A stretch of DNA of 46,956 bases from a virus (taxonomy: Duplodnaviria > Caudoviricetes). How positions within the stretch are numbered: position 1 is the first letter of the stretch; each line of letters starts with the position of its first letter. The notes under the pieces were generated by a model. The model saw only the letters and a program-made list of their open reading frames with translations, had not been told where the DNA came from and made no database searches. Position numbers and translations under genes: made by a program. The stretch lies in the IMG/VR virus record IMGVR_UViG_3300032216_000338, positions 1 to 46,956 of that record; one strand, written 5' to 3'. Positions 18,948 through 26,905 of the stretch are shown in pieces.

Positions 18948-19781
18948 TTATTTCTTAGTCCACTTCTTTACAACTTCAGAAGCATCAGTAGCTTGCGCGG
19001 GCGTGCGCTTGGTAGTTTCTCTAACGGTTGGTTCTGCCACCGCCACATCTTCACCGGCTGCGTCTTTCTTCTTGTAGACAGAAAGCTTAATAGCAGATTC
19101 AGCGGCGGGGGTTTTACCTTGCGCAGCGATAGTGTCATAGTCTTTAGGGTCAACTGCACCTGCTGGACTAAACAATACTTTAGGGAACTGCACCTTGGTA
19201 TCGAATTGAATCTTAGTTACCACACGCCCTTTACTCACATTGTTATTTGCAAGCATTCCTATGTAGGATTTAAAAGGCCATCTACCGTTTTCTTCCTTAC
19301 CGAAAGTCGAAGCCGCGGGGACAACGAATTCCAATACGTCACCACTAGGGTCTTGTGGTAAAACGACAGCTGTGCGCCATGACAACTTACATTTCGCACC
19401 AACCCCAGAATCATTGGAGCCTTTGGCAGAATTGGGACATACATCACAAGTCGGCGCACATGGGTGTTCAACATCGTCGTCAGGCTTAACGGAGTCGTTT
19501 GACCAACAGATTGGAGAGACGGTTTTTCCTTCTTCATACGTACCCTCATAGCATTGACGTGATGCGCTATGCGCCATACGAACGAAAATAACATTCATGT
19601 GACGGTCTTCAATGCTACCTACTTCTTTACCGCCTACCATCTTGCGGAACACGCCACCTTTAATAGAGAGACGCTTAGTTTGATTTGCATTACCGCCAGC
19701 AACCGCTGCCGTGTCTTCATCGACGCCGGACTGAATCATTAATGGGTTGTTGGCTAGTAGGGTTGCGAGTTCTGTACTCAT
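18948..19781 (-). CDS. Putative single-stranded DNA-binding protein
   Basis: RLSIKGGVF, CWSND, C..C..C motif. Lies in the replication block between helicase and primase. Function is inferred. Confidence 0.5.
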   Translation of the reverse strand: MSTELATLLANNPLMIQSGVDEDTAAVAGGNANQTKRLSIKGGVFRKMVGGKEVGSIEDRHMNVIFVRMAHSASRQCYEGTYEEGKTVSPICWSNDSVKPDDDVEHPCAPTCDVCPNSAKGSNDSGVGAKCKLSWRTAVVLPQDPSGDVLEFVVPAASTFGKEENGRWPFKSYIGMLANNNVSKGRVVTKIQFDTKVQFPKVLFSPAGAVDPKDYDTIAAQGKTPAAESAIKLSVYKKKDAAGEDVAVAEPTVRETTKRTPAQATDASEVVKKWTKK

Positions 19782-19792
19782 GGTTATTTCCT

Positions 19793-20197
19793 TTAACTTG
19801 ATTTAACTGAAGGTTTACGCACTGTGATACCAAATTCACGCATCACGTTCACACCGGGCGGCAAACCATCTGCATGACGCTCGGACATGAATTCTTTAAA
19901 ATTACCTTGATGAAGACGTGCTTCAAACAATTCAACAGCGCCTGTTTCTAATACAAACTTGTTGAAGTTATCGCGGTCTGAACAGGTATATCTTTCTTTC
20001 AAACTCTTTATTACTGTGCCGTGAGAAGTCTTAACACTATCTGCCTTGATCTCATTGCACCCCGCTAACATCTCCTGCTCTAGTAAAGACATTTCTGCTT
20101 TCAGAGCTTCGTCCTGCATTTTGTAAGCGGACTCAATCTTTTCACGCTCTCCGCGAATAGTCAAGTAAGTTTTAACTAATTCCTCCATATCACTCAT
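19793..20197 (-). CDS. Conserved coiled-coil phage replication-module protein
   Basis: AGAGGA RBS before ATG 20197, N-terminal coiled coil, C-terminal LPPGVN motif. Confidence 0.6.
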   Translation of the reverse strand: MSDMEELVKTYLTIRGEREKIESAYKMQDEALKAEMSLLEQEMLAGCNEIKADSVKTSHGTVIKSLKERYTCSDRDNFNKFVLETGAVELFEARLHQGNFKEFMSERHADGLPPGVNVMREFGITVRKPSVKSS

Positions 20198-21767
20198 AAA
20201 TTTCCTCTTTATATAAATCGACAAGTTTCTCGTGTGAATCAACTTTATTTTGCAACATCTTGTACATCTTTCTTTCTACTTCCGACCCCTGCAAATGCAC
20301 TACTGTCATACGATTCTTCTGACCCACGCGATCTATTCGGGCTATACATTGTAGATACGTTTCTACACTCATAACAGGCGACCAAAAAACTATAGTGTCA
20401 GCGGCAGTTAGCGTTACACCGTGCGAAGCTGCCTGTGGTTGGATTACTAACACTCTAGGTTCCTGTGTAGTCTGAAACTTATTAACGATGCGTTGCCGTT
20501 CACCAGCAGATACAGCGCCGTTAATAATATCGCTACTAATTCCTAGTCCTTCAAGAAACTTACTAACCAACTCAATCGTGTGCGTGTAAGGTACAAACAC
20601 TAATACCTTCTGGTCAGTCTGGTCTATTACTTCTTCCAACGCTTTGAGTCGTGGCGACACATCAAACTCAACTACTTCTTTCGTATCGGAATACACCGCG
20701 CCGCCCGATACTTGCAACAACTTACTTAACATAGCCGCAGCATTGACTGCTGATATTTGTTCTCCCGCCGCTTCTACAAGCATGTCGTCCTTTAATTTTT
20801 TATAGTATTTCGCAGCTTGCTGTGTCAACGGTACTTCACGCGTCTGATAAAGAACTTCTGGTAGATCAAGACACTCTGCCTTAGTAAATCTAATAGCGGG
20901 CTGTAACGCATCAAACACTATTTGTTTGGATGTAGGCTTGGGTAGCCACTTGAACCGTGTAACCTGCTGCATTACTTTGTCACGCCACGCTGTGCTGTAC
21001 TTAGGAACTTTGCTTGGGGAGATCAAACGCGCTAAGCCAAACGCATCAAGGGGTGACTGTGATGCAGGTGTGCCTGTCAACATCCATAGCCGTGTCTCAG
21101 GTTTAATTAACTTCGCTAGTATCTTCCAACGCACAGTGCTTGTAGACTTGTAGGCGTTTGCCTCATCAACAACTATTAAATCAAAGCCCCCGCGATTTAT
21201 TTCTTCGGCTAATATACCTACGCCATCGTAGTTGGTGACTATGAAATCATACTCACCTCTAATAATCTTTTTACGTTTCTCAGCGGAGCCATAAGCTACA
21301 CCAACTGATCTGTGCATGGCGGTCTTGAACACATCTGCTTGCCACGCTGAATACATAATCGTTAACGGACATATCACAAGCACGCGTTTGACCAATCCCA
21401 AGCTCATCAGATAGTCCGCTGCCCATACCACGGAGGATGTCTTGCCTGTACCCGCTTCGTTGAAACAGAACGCGCGCCGTCTACTAGCTAGGAATGAGGC
21501 AGTAGTTTTCTGGTGGTCGAACGGTGTATAAAGACCGGGCCACTTATAGTCGCGCAACATGGGTGAGGGTAAACTGTTATAGCTGAAGGACTCAGCTATG
21601 AACGACGTCTCGTCATGACCCCAATAAACAAGAAGCTCAGTCTCGTTATCAGCTCGGTCTAGAATCTCGCACTTCTCAACGTAAGTGAGTATGTGGTCTG
21701 CATCTGTGTTTGACGTTCGGAACTGTAAAGCTGCGTTATCTACAACTGTAAACTTAATGTCTTGCAC
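20190..21767 (-). CDS. SNF2-family (SF2) helicase
   Basis: EAGTGKT, VVDEAN, LTGTP, HGVTLT and ARIDRVGQ motifs. Confidence 0.9.
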   Translation of the reverse strand: MQDIKFTVVDNAALQFRTSNTDADHILTYVEKCEILDRADNETELLVYWGHDETSFIAESFSYNSLPSPMLRDYKWPGLYTPFDHQKTTASFLASRRRAFCFNEAGTGKTSSVVWAADYLMSLGLVKRVLVICPLTIMYSAWQADVFKTAMHRSVGVAYGSAEKRKKIIRGEYDFIVTNYDGVGILAEEINRGGFDLIVVDEANAYKSTSTVRWKILAKLIKPETRLWMLTGTPASQSPLDAFGLARLISPSKVPKYSTAWRDKVMQQVTRFKWLPKPTSKQIVFDALQPAIRFTKAECLDLPEVLYQTREVPLTQQAAKYYKKLKDDMLVEAAGEQISAVNAAAMLSKLLQVSGGAVYSDTKEVVEFDVSPRLKALEEVIDQTDQKVLVFVPYTHTIELVSKFLEGLGISSDIINGAVSAGERQRIVNKFQTTQEPRVLVIQPQAASHGVTLTAADTIVFWSPVMSVETYLQCIARIDRVGQKNRMTVVHLQGSEVERKMYKMLQNKVDSHEKLVDLYKEEIYE

Positions 21768-21809
21768 TTTAACCTCACTGTAAACTTAAAATGAACTCAC
21801 TGTAAACTT
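21722..21809. repeat. Direct repeats ACTGTAAACTT x3 (+1 partial)
   Basis: Exact copies at 21745, 21777 and 21799, partial ACTGTAAAG at 21722. They straddle the helicase start codon. Confidence 0.8.
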
Positions 21810-21965
21810 TAGCCCCTTGCGGGGGCTAGTCGGTTAAATCCGTACCCAATAAAGCAAAAACGTGAAAGGAGGGGATACTAAATAACTGATGTAGTTTATA
21901 GGGGGAAAAATCTAGTAAAACCCCAGCCCACCCACACCTTACGGCGATTTTCTAACCTAGCAAAA

Positions 21966-22220
21966 CTATTTCATTGAACCGTCTGACTTACGTTTAAAGC
22001 TACGATTCTTGTGCGGCGATTCTAAACGAACTCCATCTGCATTACTACCACCTTTGGATAACGCTTTGACATGCGCTACGTCCTTACCCTTTCGGCTAAT
22101 ACCTTTCTTGTCCATCTCTCGCCTAGCGCGCTGGCGCTCCATGCGGTCATCATGCTCACCCCGAGCCAACTCCTGTTGGTACTCTTTCTTATAAGGTCTT
22201 GGTGTCTTTGTGTATGCCAT
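21966..22220 (-). CDS. Small HNH-like endonuclease
   Basis: KDVAHVKALSKGGSN...HKNRS motif. GGAG RBS before ATG 22220. Confidence 0.7.
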   Translation of the reverse strand: MAYTKTPRPYKKEYQQELARGEHDDRMERQRARREMDKKGISRKGKDVAHVKALSKGGSNADGVRLESPHKNRSFKRKSDGSMK

Positions 22221-22353
22221 GTTTTGCTCCATGAATTTCGTTGTTTGTTTCTTTATCGCGCCGCGTATTAAATAAATTTTTAGCCAACGCTTCGGTCAAC
22301 GCTCTTTGTGTTGCTTGCATTGACGCTGCTAGTGCTTTGGTGTACCCGCTCAT
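22189..22353 (-). CDS. 54-aa ORF resembling the MCP spine helix (not in ORF track)
   Basis: MSGYTKALAASMQATQRALTEALAKNLFN...; AAAGGA RBS in the repeated start module. Confidence 0.6.
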   Translation of the reverse strand: MSGYTKALAASMQATQRALTEALAKNLFNTRRDKETNNEIHGAKHGIHKDTKTL

Positions 22354-22441
22354 TTGTTAGTCCTTTTACCCATCTACCAAATTGTCTGTATATCTGCTGT
22401 TGTTTCGACTCTGGATACATTTCCACTATGGATGATTTCAT
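22280..22441 (-). CDS. 53-aa ORF (not in ORF track)
   Basis: MKSSIVEMYPESKQQQIYRQFGRWVKGLTN...; same AAAAGGAnTAACAAATG start module. Confidence 0.5.
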   Translation of the reverse strand: MKSSIVEMYPESKQQQIYRQFGRWVKGLTNERVHQSTSSVNASNTKSVDRSVG

Positions 22442-22648
22442 TTGTTAATCCTTTTTCCTTCCTACGCAACCTCTGTAAGTTGCCCCGAACTTTCCTCAAC
22501 AATCTTTTCGACTCTGAGGGGGAGGGCGCAATGTATCTCTGCGTTAACTTCTTTTGGTCGTCTGTATTCATGTTTAAAAATATCATCTAATACTTTATAT
22601 ACCTCGTCTTTAAAGGCTTGCGCTGTCAGTAGCGGCATTTGTTACTCC
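22351..22648 (-). repeat. Three copies of translation-start module GGAnTAACAAATG
   Basis: Copies at 22351-22363, 22439-22451 and 22636-22648. The first two extend to 17/18 identity (22350-22367 vs 22438-22455). Confidence 0.85.
22462..22638 (-). CDS. 58-aa ORF resembling the MCP N-terminal helix (not in ORF track)
   Basis: MPLLTAQAFKDEVYKVLDDIFKHEYRR...; GGAG RBS; aligns with the MCP start at 46712. Confidence 0.6.
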   Translation of the reverse strand: MPLLTAQAFKDEVYKVLDDIFKHEYRRPKEVNAEIHCALPLRVEKIVEESSGQLTEVA

Positions 22649-22831
22649 GTGTATATGGTCGTTATGTACGGTTACTGTATTGTGTTTGATAGTAGAAGTA
22701 TATGGGTCATGCTCTAATTCAAGTAGTATTGATCTCGTATGGGTGTACGTAGGAGAATGTTTAACCGTTTGTGTGTATGCCCGTGGGTCACTCCATCCAT
22801 AACTATATATTGAATTTCTAGACACCTTCAC
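22610..22831 (-). CDS. 73-aa ORF with MCP C-terminal-like motif YSYGWSDPRA
   Basis: GAGGTG RBS before GTG; motif occupies residues 9-18. Confidence 0.6.
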   Translation of the reverse strand: MKVSRNSIYSYGWSDPRAYTQTVKHSPTYTHTRSILLELEHDPYTSTIKHNTVTVHNDHIHGVTNAATDSASL

Positions 22832-23024
22832 ACTTCACCTCATGCACCTCGTCGTTATTAATGTCATCGGCTCCTTCATCGCCTGTCGTCCGTATGTGCG
22901 CGTAACTCCACTTACTATGTTCTGCTGTGTATCTTTGCGTAGCCACCCTCATAACTGATTCTGGTACTAAACCAAGTGGGCTATCACCAAGACTTTTTAA
23001 TCGTGTAAGTCTTATCATTTTCAT
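22818..23024 (-). CDS. 68-aa hypothetical protein, weakly MCP C-terminus-like
   Basis: ATGA-coupled to the nuclease gene; contains ESVMRVATQRY. Confidence 0.55.
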   Translation of the reverse strand: MKMIRLTRLKSLGDSPLGLVPESVMRVATQRYTAEHSKWSYAHIRTTGDEGADDINNDEVHEVKCEGV

Positions 23025-23677
23025 CGGCTTCTGTAATGCTCACATGTTGTAACAGGACACCATCCACACAGCGGCGTAGGATTCATCTGCCATGTGTCAT
23101 TCTCATACGATATTGTCAAGCGTTCTATATCAGGCGTAAAGTTATTCCATAAGGACTCACACTGCTCCCTCGTATACTCTTCCGGTATAAAGTTATTATG
23201 CAAGACAAACATCAGCCCCGCTTTAACTTTATTAACTTCTGGAAAGTGCGCAAACGTCATCAGTGCCATCAGTCGTAACTGTTTTAAATCAGGGTACTTG
23301 TCACTACCCGTCTTGTAGTCAACGATGAACGCTGTGTCTCCTTCTATCACCATGAAGTCAACGATACCACGCACCCAATAATCTTTACCCCAACCGCAAG
23401 GCTGCTTGTCGGCGTTCAACGCCATTCGATGCTCAATATACCTTGTACCGTCAATCTCCAATAGCGGGTCAACCATACTCGCAAACCGTTTGTAGTTGTG
23501 GGGTAACGCTGTACCATCCTTCGCGTAGTTTTCCAACGCGCTATGAACGTCTGTTCCGTAACGCATTTGTTGCGTCGGTATCGTTTCATATTTTTTAAGG
23601 ACTTTAACTTCATGATACTGTTTTGGGCAATTAATATACTGTTTAAGACTTGAGAAAGACCATTTAATGGGGTTCAT
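23021..23677 (-). CDS. PD-(D/E)xK exonuclease (Cas4/RecB-like)
   Basis: WSFSSL...CP, GIVD, IVDYKTG, QL..MA, and C-terminal CGWC...C cluster. AAAGGTG RBS before ATG 23677. Confidence 0.85.
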   Translation of the reverse strand: MNPIKWSFSSLKQYINCPKQYHEVKVLKKYETIPTQQMRYGTDVHSALENYAKDGTALPHNYKRFASMVDPLLEIDGTRYIEHRMALNADKQPCGWGKDYWVRGIVDFMVIEGDTAFIVDYKTGSDKYPDLKQLRLMALMTFAHFPEVNKVKAGLMFVLHNNFIPEEYTREQCESLWNNFTPDIERLTISYENDTWQMNPTPLCGWCPVTTCEHYRSR

Positions 23678-23693
23678 ATAATACACCTTTAAG

Positions 23694-25565
23694 TTAACAT
23701 TCTCCGTAACTATGCCCCCATTTTGCTTCACATGCAACAGGTAAAGTCTTCGCCCAATCCGGTGGTGTAGACATCTTATCAATGATGAAACTAAGAGCGC
23801 GCTCGCGCTCAACCTCTGGGACGATAATCACCGCCGCATCATGCACAGTCAGGACAACCCTATACTTCTGGTTGATAGCCAACATCTGTTCACCTACAAC
23901 AATTCTAGCCAACGCTTGGACTACATTCTCCACCACTGCCCCGCCCCAGATACTTATCTCGCCGCGCCTAGACTTGTACTTGTACTGAGACTTCTCGCCT
24001 TCTGTGTCATACCGTAGGTTGGGGTAACGAATCATTAAGCCATTGGGCAGCTCTATACCTTCCTTCTTAACCCGCAACACTTTGTGTTCGCCCAAGTAAC
24101 ATTCTTTGGTCTTCGTGTCCCAATTACAGAGCATTTGCAACACGTCGTCTGAGTCTTTCCATAGATCAATAATATCGCTGTTAACATCTCGATAAAGTTT
24201 TACTATGTTCTGACATTCTTCATCATTGATAACTGCCCCGGGCGGTTGTGTCTTTAGCGTGTGCTGTAACTTTCTCCAGCCAGTGCCATACCCTAACCCC
24301 AGCACGCACGTCTTGCCAACAAATCTCTCAATAGGGTCAGCCTTAGTTATTGTTCGGTTGTATACCTTTGAAGCAAAGATTGAATATACATCTTCACCTG
24401 AAGCGAATTGTCGTACGACATCGTCTTGTCCAGAGAGCCATGCCAACACCCTTGCTTCAATTTGGGAGGAATCACAGTTAATAACCACGTTTCCTGATGG
24501 GGCAAGGATGGCATTTTTAAGCGTTTTCTTCTTCTTATCTCGACTAGGAAGGTTTTGGAAGTTAACTTTATCACTACCGCTCCACCTACCTGTGTGTGCT
24601 CCATAATATTTAAGGGGGATGGGCAGTAATCCTCTATTTCGCTTTCCGATCTCGATAAACCGTGAGATGCGAGACTCTTCCAGAGTTGATTTAGTTCCAA
24701 GTCTGACAGCGCAGAGCTGCTGAACGAGTGCATTTTCGTGTTCCGACAGTGCAATAAACCCTTCATCGTTTTTTGCCAGAGCAAATGTCTCTCTTCCTGT
24801 AACTGGGCTAATCTTAAGGGGTGGAACGACGGAATACTCCACAAGAAGTCCCGCAAACTGTTTATTACTTGCCAACTTCTTTCTGACAGCTTCTTCATCA
24901 TCACATTTCAACCTTTCTTTTAGGGTGGCTAGGAGTTCGTTCTTCTCTTTCTTCAAGTCTTCTAAGCGTTGTACTAGCAATGCGTCGTCTACCTCAAATC
25001 CCGGGATTATGAACATCCTTAGCGTCATATCAATAAGTTTTGCCTCATCCTCGGGGAACTCGGACACCATGACACTGAACAACTTATGTGTCAGCTCAAC
25101 ATCATTCTTGCAATACTCACCGTACTGTTTAAGGTCAGCCGCCGTGAAGTCTTCAAGTCGCTTACCCTTGGCATCATCAACCTCTGAACCTTTCTTACCT
25201 ATCTCATAACGCTCAGCCAACGCTTTCAAAGAACCCCCCGCATCAACGCCGTGGAGCGCGCGCGCCATGCACAGTGTGTCCAAATAGAAGGCGGGGTACA
25301 CCCCGAACCGCCAACCAAGTATCGCGCCATCAAAGATAGTGTTGTGGCATAGCAAAGCCGAGTCCGTCCAATCAGTAAGCTCGGTCAGATGTTTCTTTAA
25401 CACTTCATGCGTACCTGAAAGCCAATATGCCGGTGCATCATCGATCTTGATGCCTACACCTATCTCCTGAAATTCTTTTCCACGAATGTATTCTTCAGTC
25501 GTCAGCGTTCTAAACCCAAAGTCGTTTGAGTAGTATGTCTCGAAATCTAGTGTGATTAAACTCAC
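23694..25565 (-). CDS. polA: Family A DNA polymerase with 3'-5' exonuclease
   Basis: ExoI DFET, HTGRWSG, motif A DSSQIEAR, motif B RFVGKTCVLGLGYG, motif C VHDA. Confidence 0.93.
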   Translation of the reverse strand: MSLITLDFETYYSNDFGFRTLTTEEYIRGKEFQEIGVGIKIDDAPAYWLSGTHEVLKKHLTELTDWTDSALLCHNTIFDGAILGWRFGVYPAFYLDTLCMARALHGVDAGGSLKALAERYEIGKKGSEVDDAKGKRLEDFTAADLKQYGEYCKNDVELTHKLFSVMVSEFPEDEAKLIDMTLRMFIIPGFEVDDALLVQRLEDLKKEKNELLATLKERLKCDDEEAVRKKLASNKQFAGLLVEYSVVPPLKISPVTGRETFALAKNDEGFIALSEHENALVQQLCAVRLGTKSTLEESRISRFIEIGKRNRGLLPIPLKYYGAHTGRWSGSDKVNFQNLPSRDKKKKTLKNAILAPSGNVVINCDSSQIEARVLAWLSGQDDVVRQFASGEDVYSIFASKVYNRTITKADPIERFVGKTCVLGLGYGTGWRKLQHTLKTQPPGAVINDEECQNIVKLYRDVNSDIIDLWKDSDDVLQMLCNWDTKTKECYLGEHKVLRVKKEGIELPNGLMIRYPNLRYDTEGEKSQYKYKSRRGEISIWGGAVVENVVQALARIVVGEQMLAINQKYRVVLTVHDAAVIIVPEVERERALSFIIDKMSTPPDWAKTLPVACEAKWGHSYGEC

Positions 25566-25726
25566 TTATCTTTTCCTTGTACTTGATGAATTTCTTCTGC
25601 GCGTTGCCTACTATGTTTCAATATGTGTTCTCTGTGTTCTTTCATGTGCATGTTGAATTTGACGTTACTTGATGATACGGTCTTCATTGTCCGCAAGTGA
25701 GCTTGCTTTCTAGCTGCTTGTCTCAT
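25562..25726 (-). CDS. 54-aa basic hypothetical protein (not in ORF track)
   Basis: MRQAARKQAHLRTMK...; fills the gap with ATGA and GTGA overlaps at both ends. Confidence 0.6.
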   Translation of the reverse strand: MRQAARKQAHLRTMKTVSSSNVKFNMHMKEHREHILKHSRQRAEEIHQVQGKDK

Positions 25727-25941
25727 ATCTTTCCTAAGTCCTGCACTTTGATTGCGGGTATGCCACTCGTCGGATAATTACTGTTTGTGACACTTCCCGA
25801 TGAGTTACGTAGTTTCTTTATCTCCTCCGCCGCTTCCTGACATAACCCTAGTAAGAAAGCATTTGCCCTCATAGCCGTATTGAAGTTGTCGGGGTAATGA
25901 TCTTCTGGGTTATTTAATACATCAATGATGTCGCTTTTCAT
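25723..25941 (-). CDS. Hypothetical protein
   Basis: Coupled overlaps; EAAEEIKKLR motif common in small phage ORFs. Confidence 0.6.
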   Translation of the reverse strand: MKSDIIDVLNNPEDHYPDNFNTAMRANAFLLGLCQEAAEEIKKLRNSSGSVTNSNYPTSGIPAIKVQDLGKI

Positions 25942-26363
25942 GTGTTCTTCTCCTTTAGCTTGGCTTCTATTGCGCTAATACACTCTTCATCCACCACCGC
26001 ATGAAACAACGTAAAGTCCGTCACTTCTTCCTCCGTCAGCCCTACCCATTCGCGCTGTGGTGGGTTGGTATTCTTAGGCTTTAGCGGCTCAAATGTCGAA
26101 TTGATTACTTTTGCAAGTCTTTCAACAAAATCGTCTATATCGCCATCCGCAATGAAATACCCGCCATTTATCTCTTGGTGCTTTGCAACTATATTAAATA
26201 TTGCTCGGGTCATAAATGTGACTGTGTTCCCCATTAACTCCGGTTCAGGCTGTGGTTTATTCAACTCGTTTATTACTCGCTGTATTAATGCGTTTGCTAT
26301 CTCTGGTTTTTCCATAGCAATGGTTAACACTTCAATAATTTTTTGTCTCTTGTTAATCATCAT
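25938..26363 (-). CDS. Hypothetical protein
   Basis: AGGAG RBS; ends in the mobile PQREWVGLTEEE...IEAKLKEKNT module. Confidence 0.65.
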   Translation of the reverse strand: MMINKRQKIIEVLTIAMEKPEIANALIQRVINELNKPQPEPELMGNTVTFMTRAIFNIVAKHQEINGGYFIADGDIDDFVERLAKVINSTFEPLKPKNTNPPQREWVGLTEEEVTDFTLFHAVVDEECISAIEAKLKEKNT

Positions 26364-26423
26364 TTCTCCTATAACCAACTGTTATAAAACAAAACCCAAT
26401 GCAGATGCCCATGAAATAAATTT

Positions 26424-26672
26424 TCACAACTCTTCCTTATTCTTCTCGGCTTCTTTGTTCATGTTTCCTAACACATCTCTCGCTTTCATCATTGCGTCTG
26501 CAAATTTGTATGCTTGTTCCGCATGAATCGCATGGTGGTCTCCCCAAGGCTTTGTGTTTGCGTGCATTAAAGCAGGTAACGCCTTCGCCGCAAAGTAATC
26601 ACGCAAATCCATGCCTTTTTCGTCTGGTTTGCTTGAGTCATATTTACCGTCTGCTCTTGGAAATGCTTTCAT
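26424..26672 (-). CDS. Hypothetical protein (GMxLRDYFAAKA family)
   Basis: AFP...GMDLRDYFAAKAL...AYKFADAMMKAR signature. Confidence 0.75.
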   Translation of the reverse strand: MKAFPRADGKYDSSKPDEKGMDLRDYFAAKALPALMHANTKPWGDHHAIHAEQAYKFADAMMKARDVLGNMNKEAEKNKEEL

Positions 26673-26905
26673 TCTTTCTCCTTCAACTCTTTAATCTCGT
26701 CAAGTAAGTCGCCTATGATCTTTAAGTGTTCTTTATGACGCGCTTCCATCACGCCTACTACCTTATCAAACTCTAACTGCCATTCTTTCATCTTGTTGGT
26801 AAGAAGTTTTGATTGATACCAAACGTAATCTGCTGTTATGCCTTCAACTCTTTCTGTCTCTGCCATGTCTTTAATGAAAGGGTAATGCTTAATAAACTCA
26901 TCCAT
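26669..26905 (-). CDS. Hypothetical coiled-coil protein
   Basis: Coupled overlaps with both neighbours. Confidence 0.55.
   Translation of the reverse strand: MDEFIKHYPFIKDMAETERVEGITADYVWYQSKLLTNKMKEWQLEFDKVVGVMEARHKEHLKIIGDLLDEIKELKEKE

Noticed and set aside
21860-21920. Hammerhead ribozyme (CTGATG and GAAA nearby)
   Set aside because: The core would need CUGAnGA; here it is CTGATGT, and the stems and cleavage triplet do not assemble.
22374-22586. 70-aa ORF from the supplied track
   Set aside because: No RBS. It overlaps two alternative-frame ORFs (22462-22638, 22280-22441) that each have a clear RBS/start module, so it is probably a shadow.
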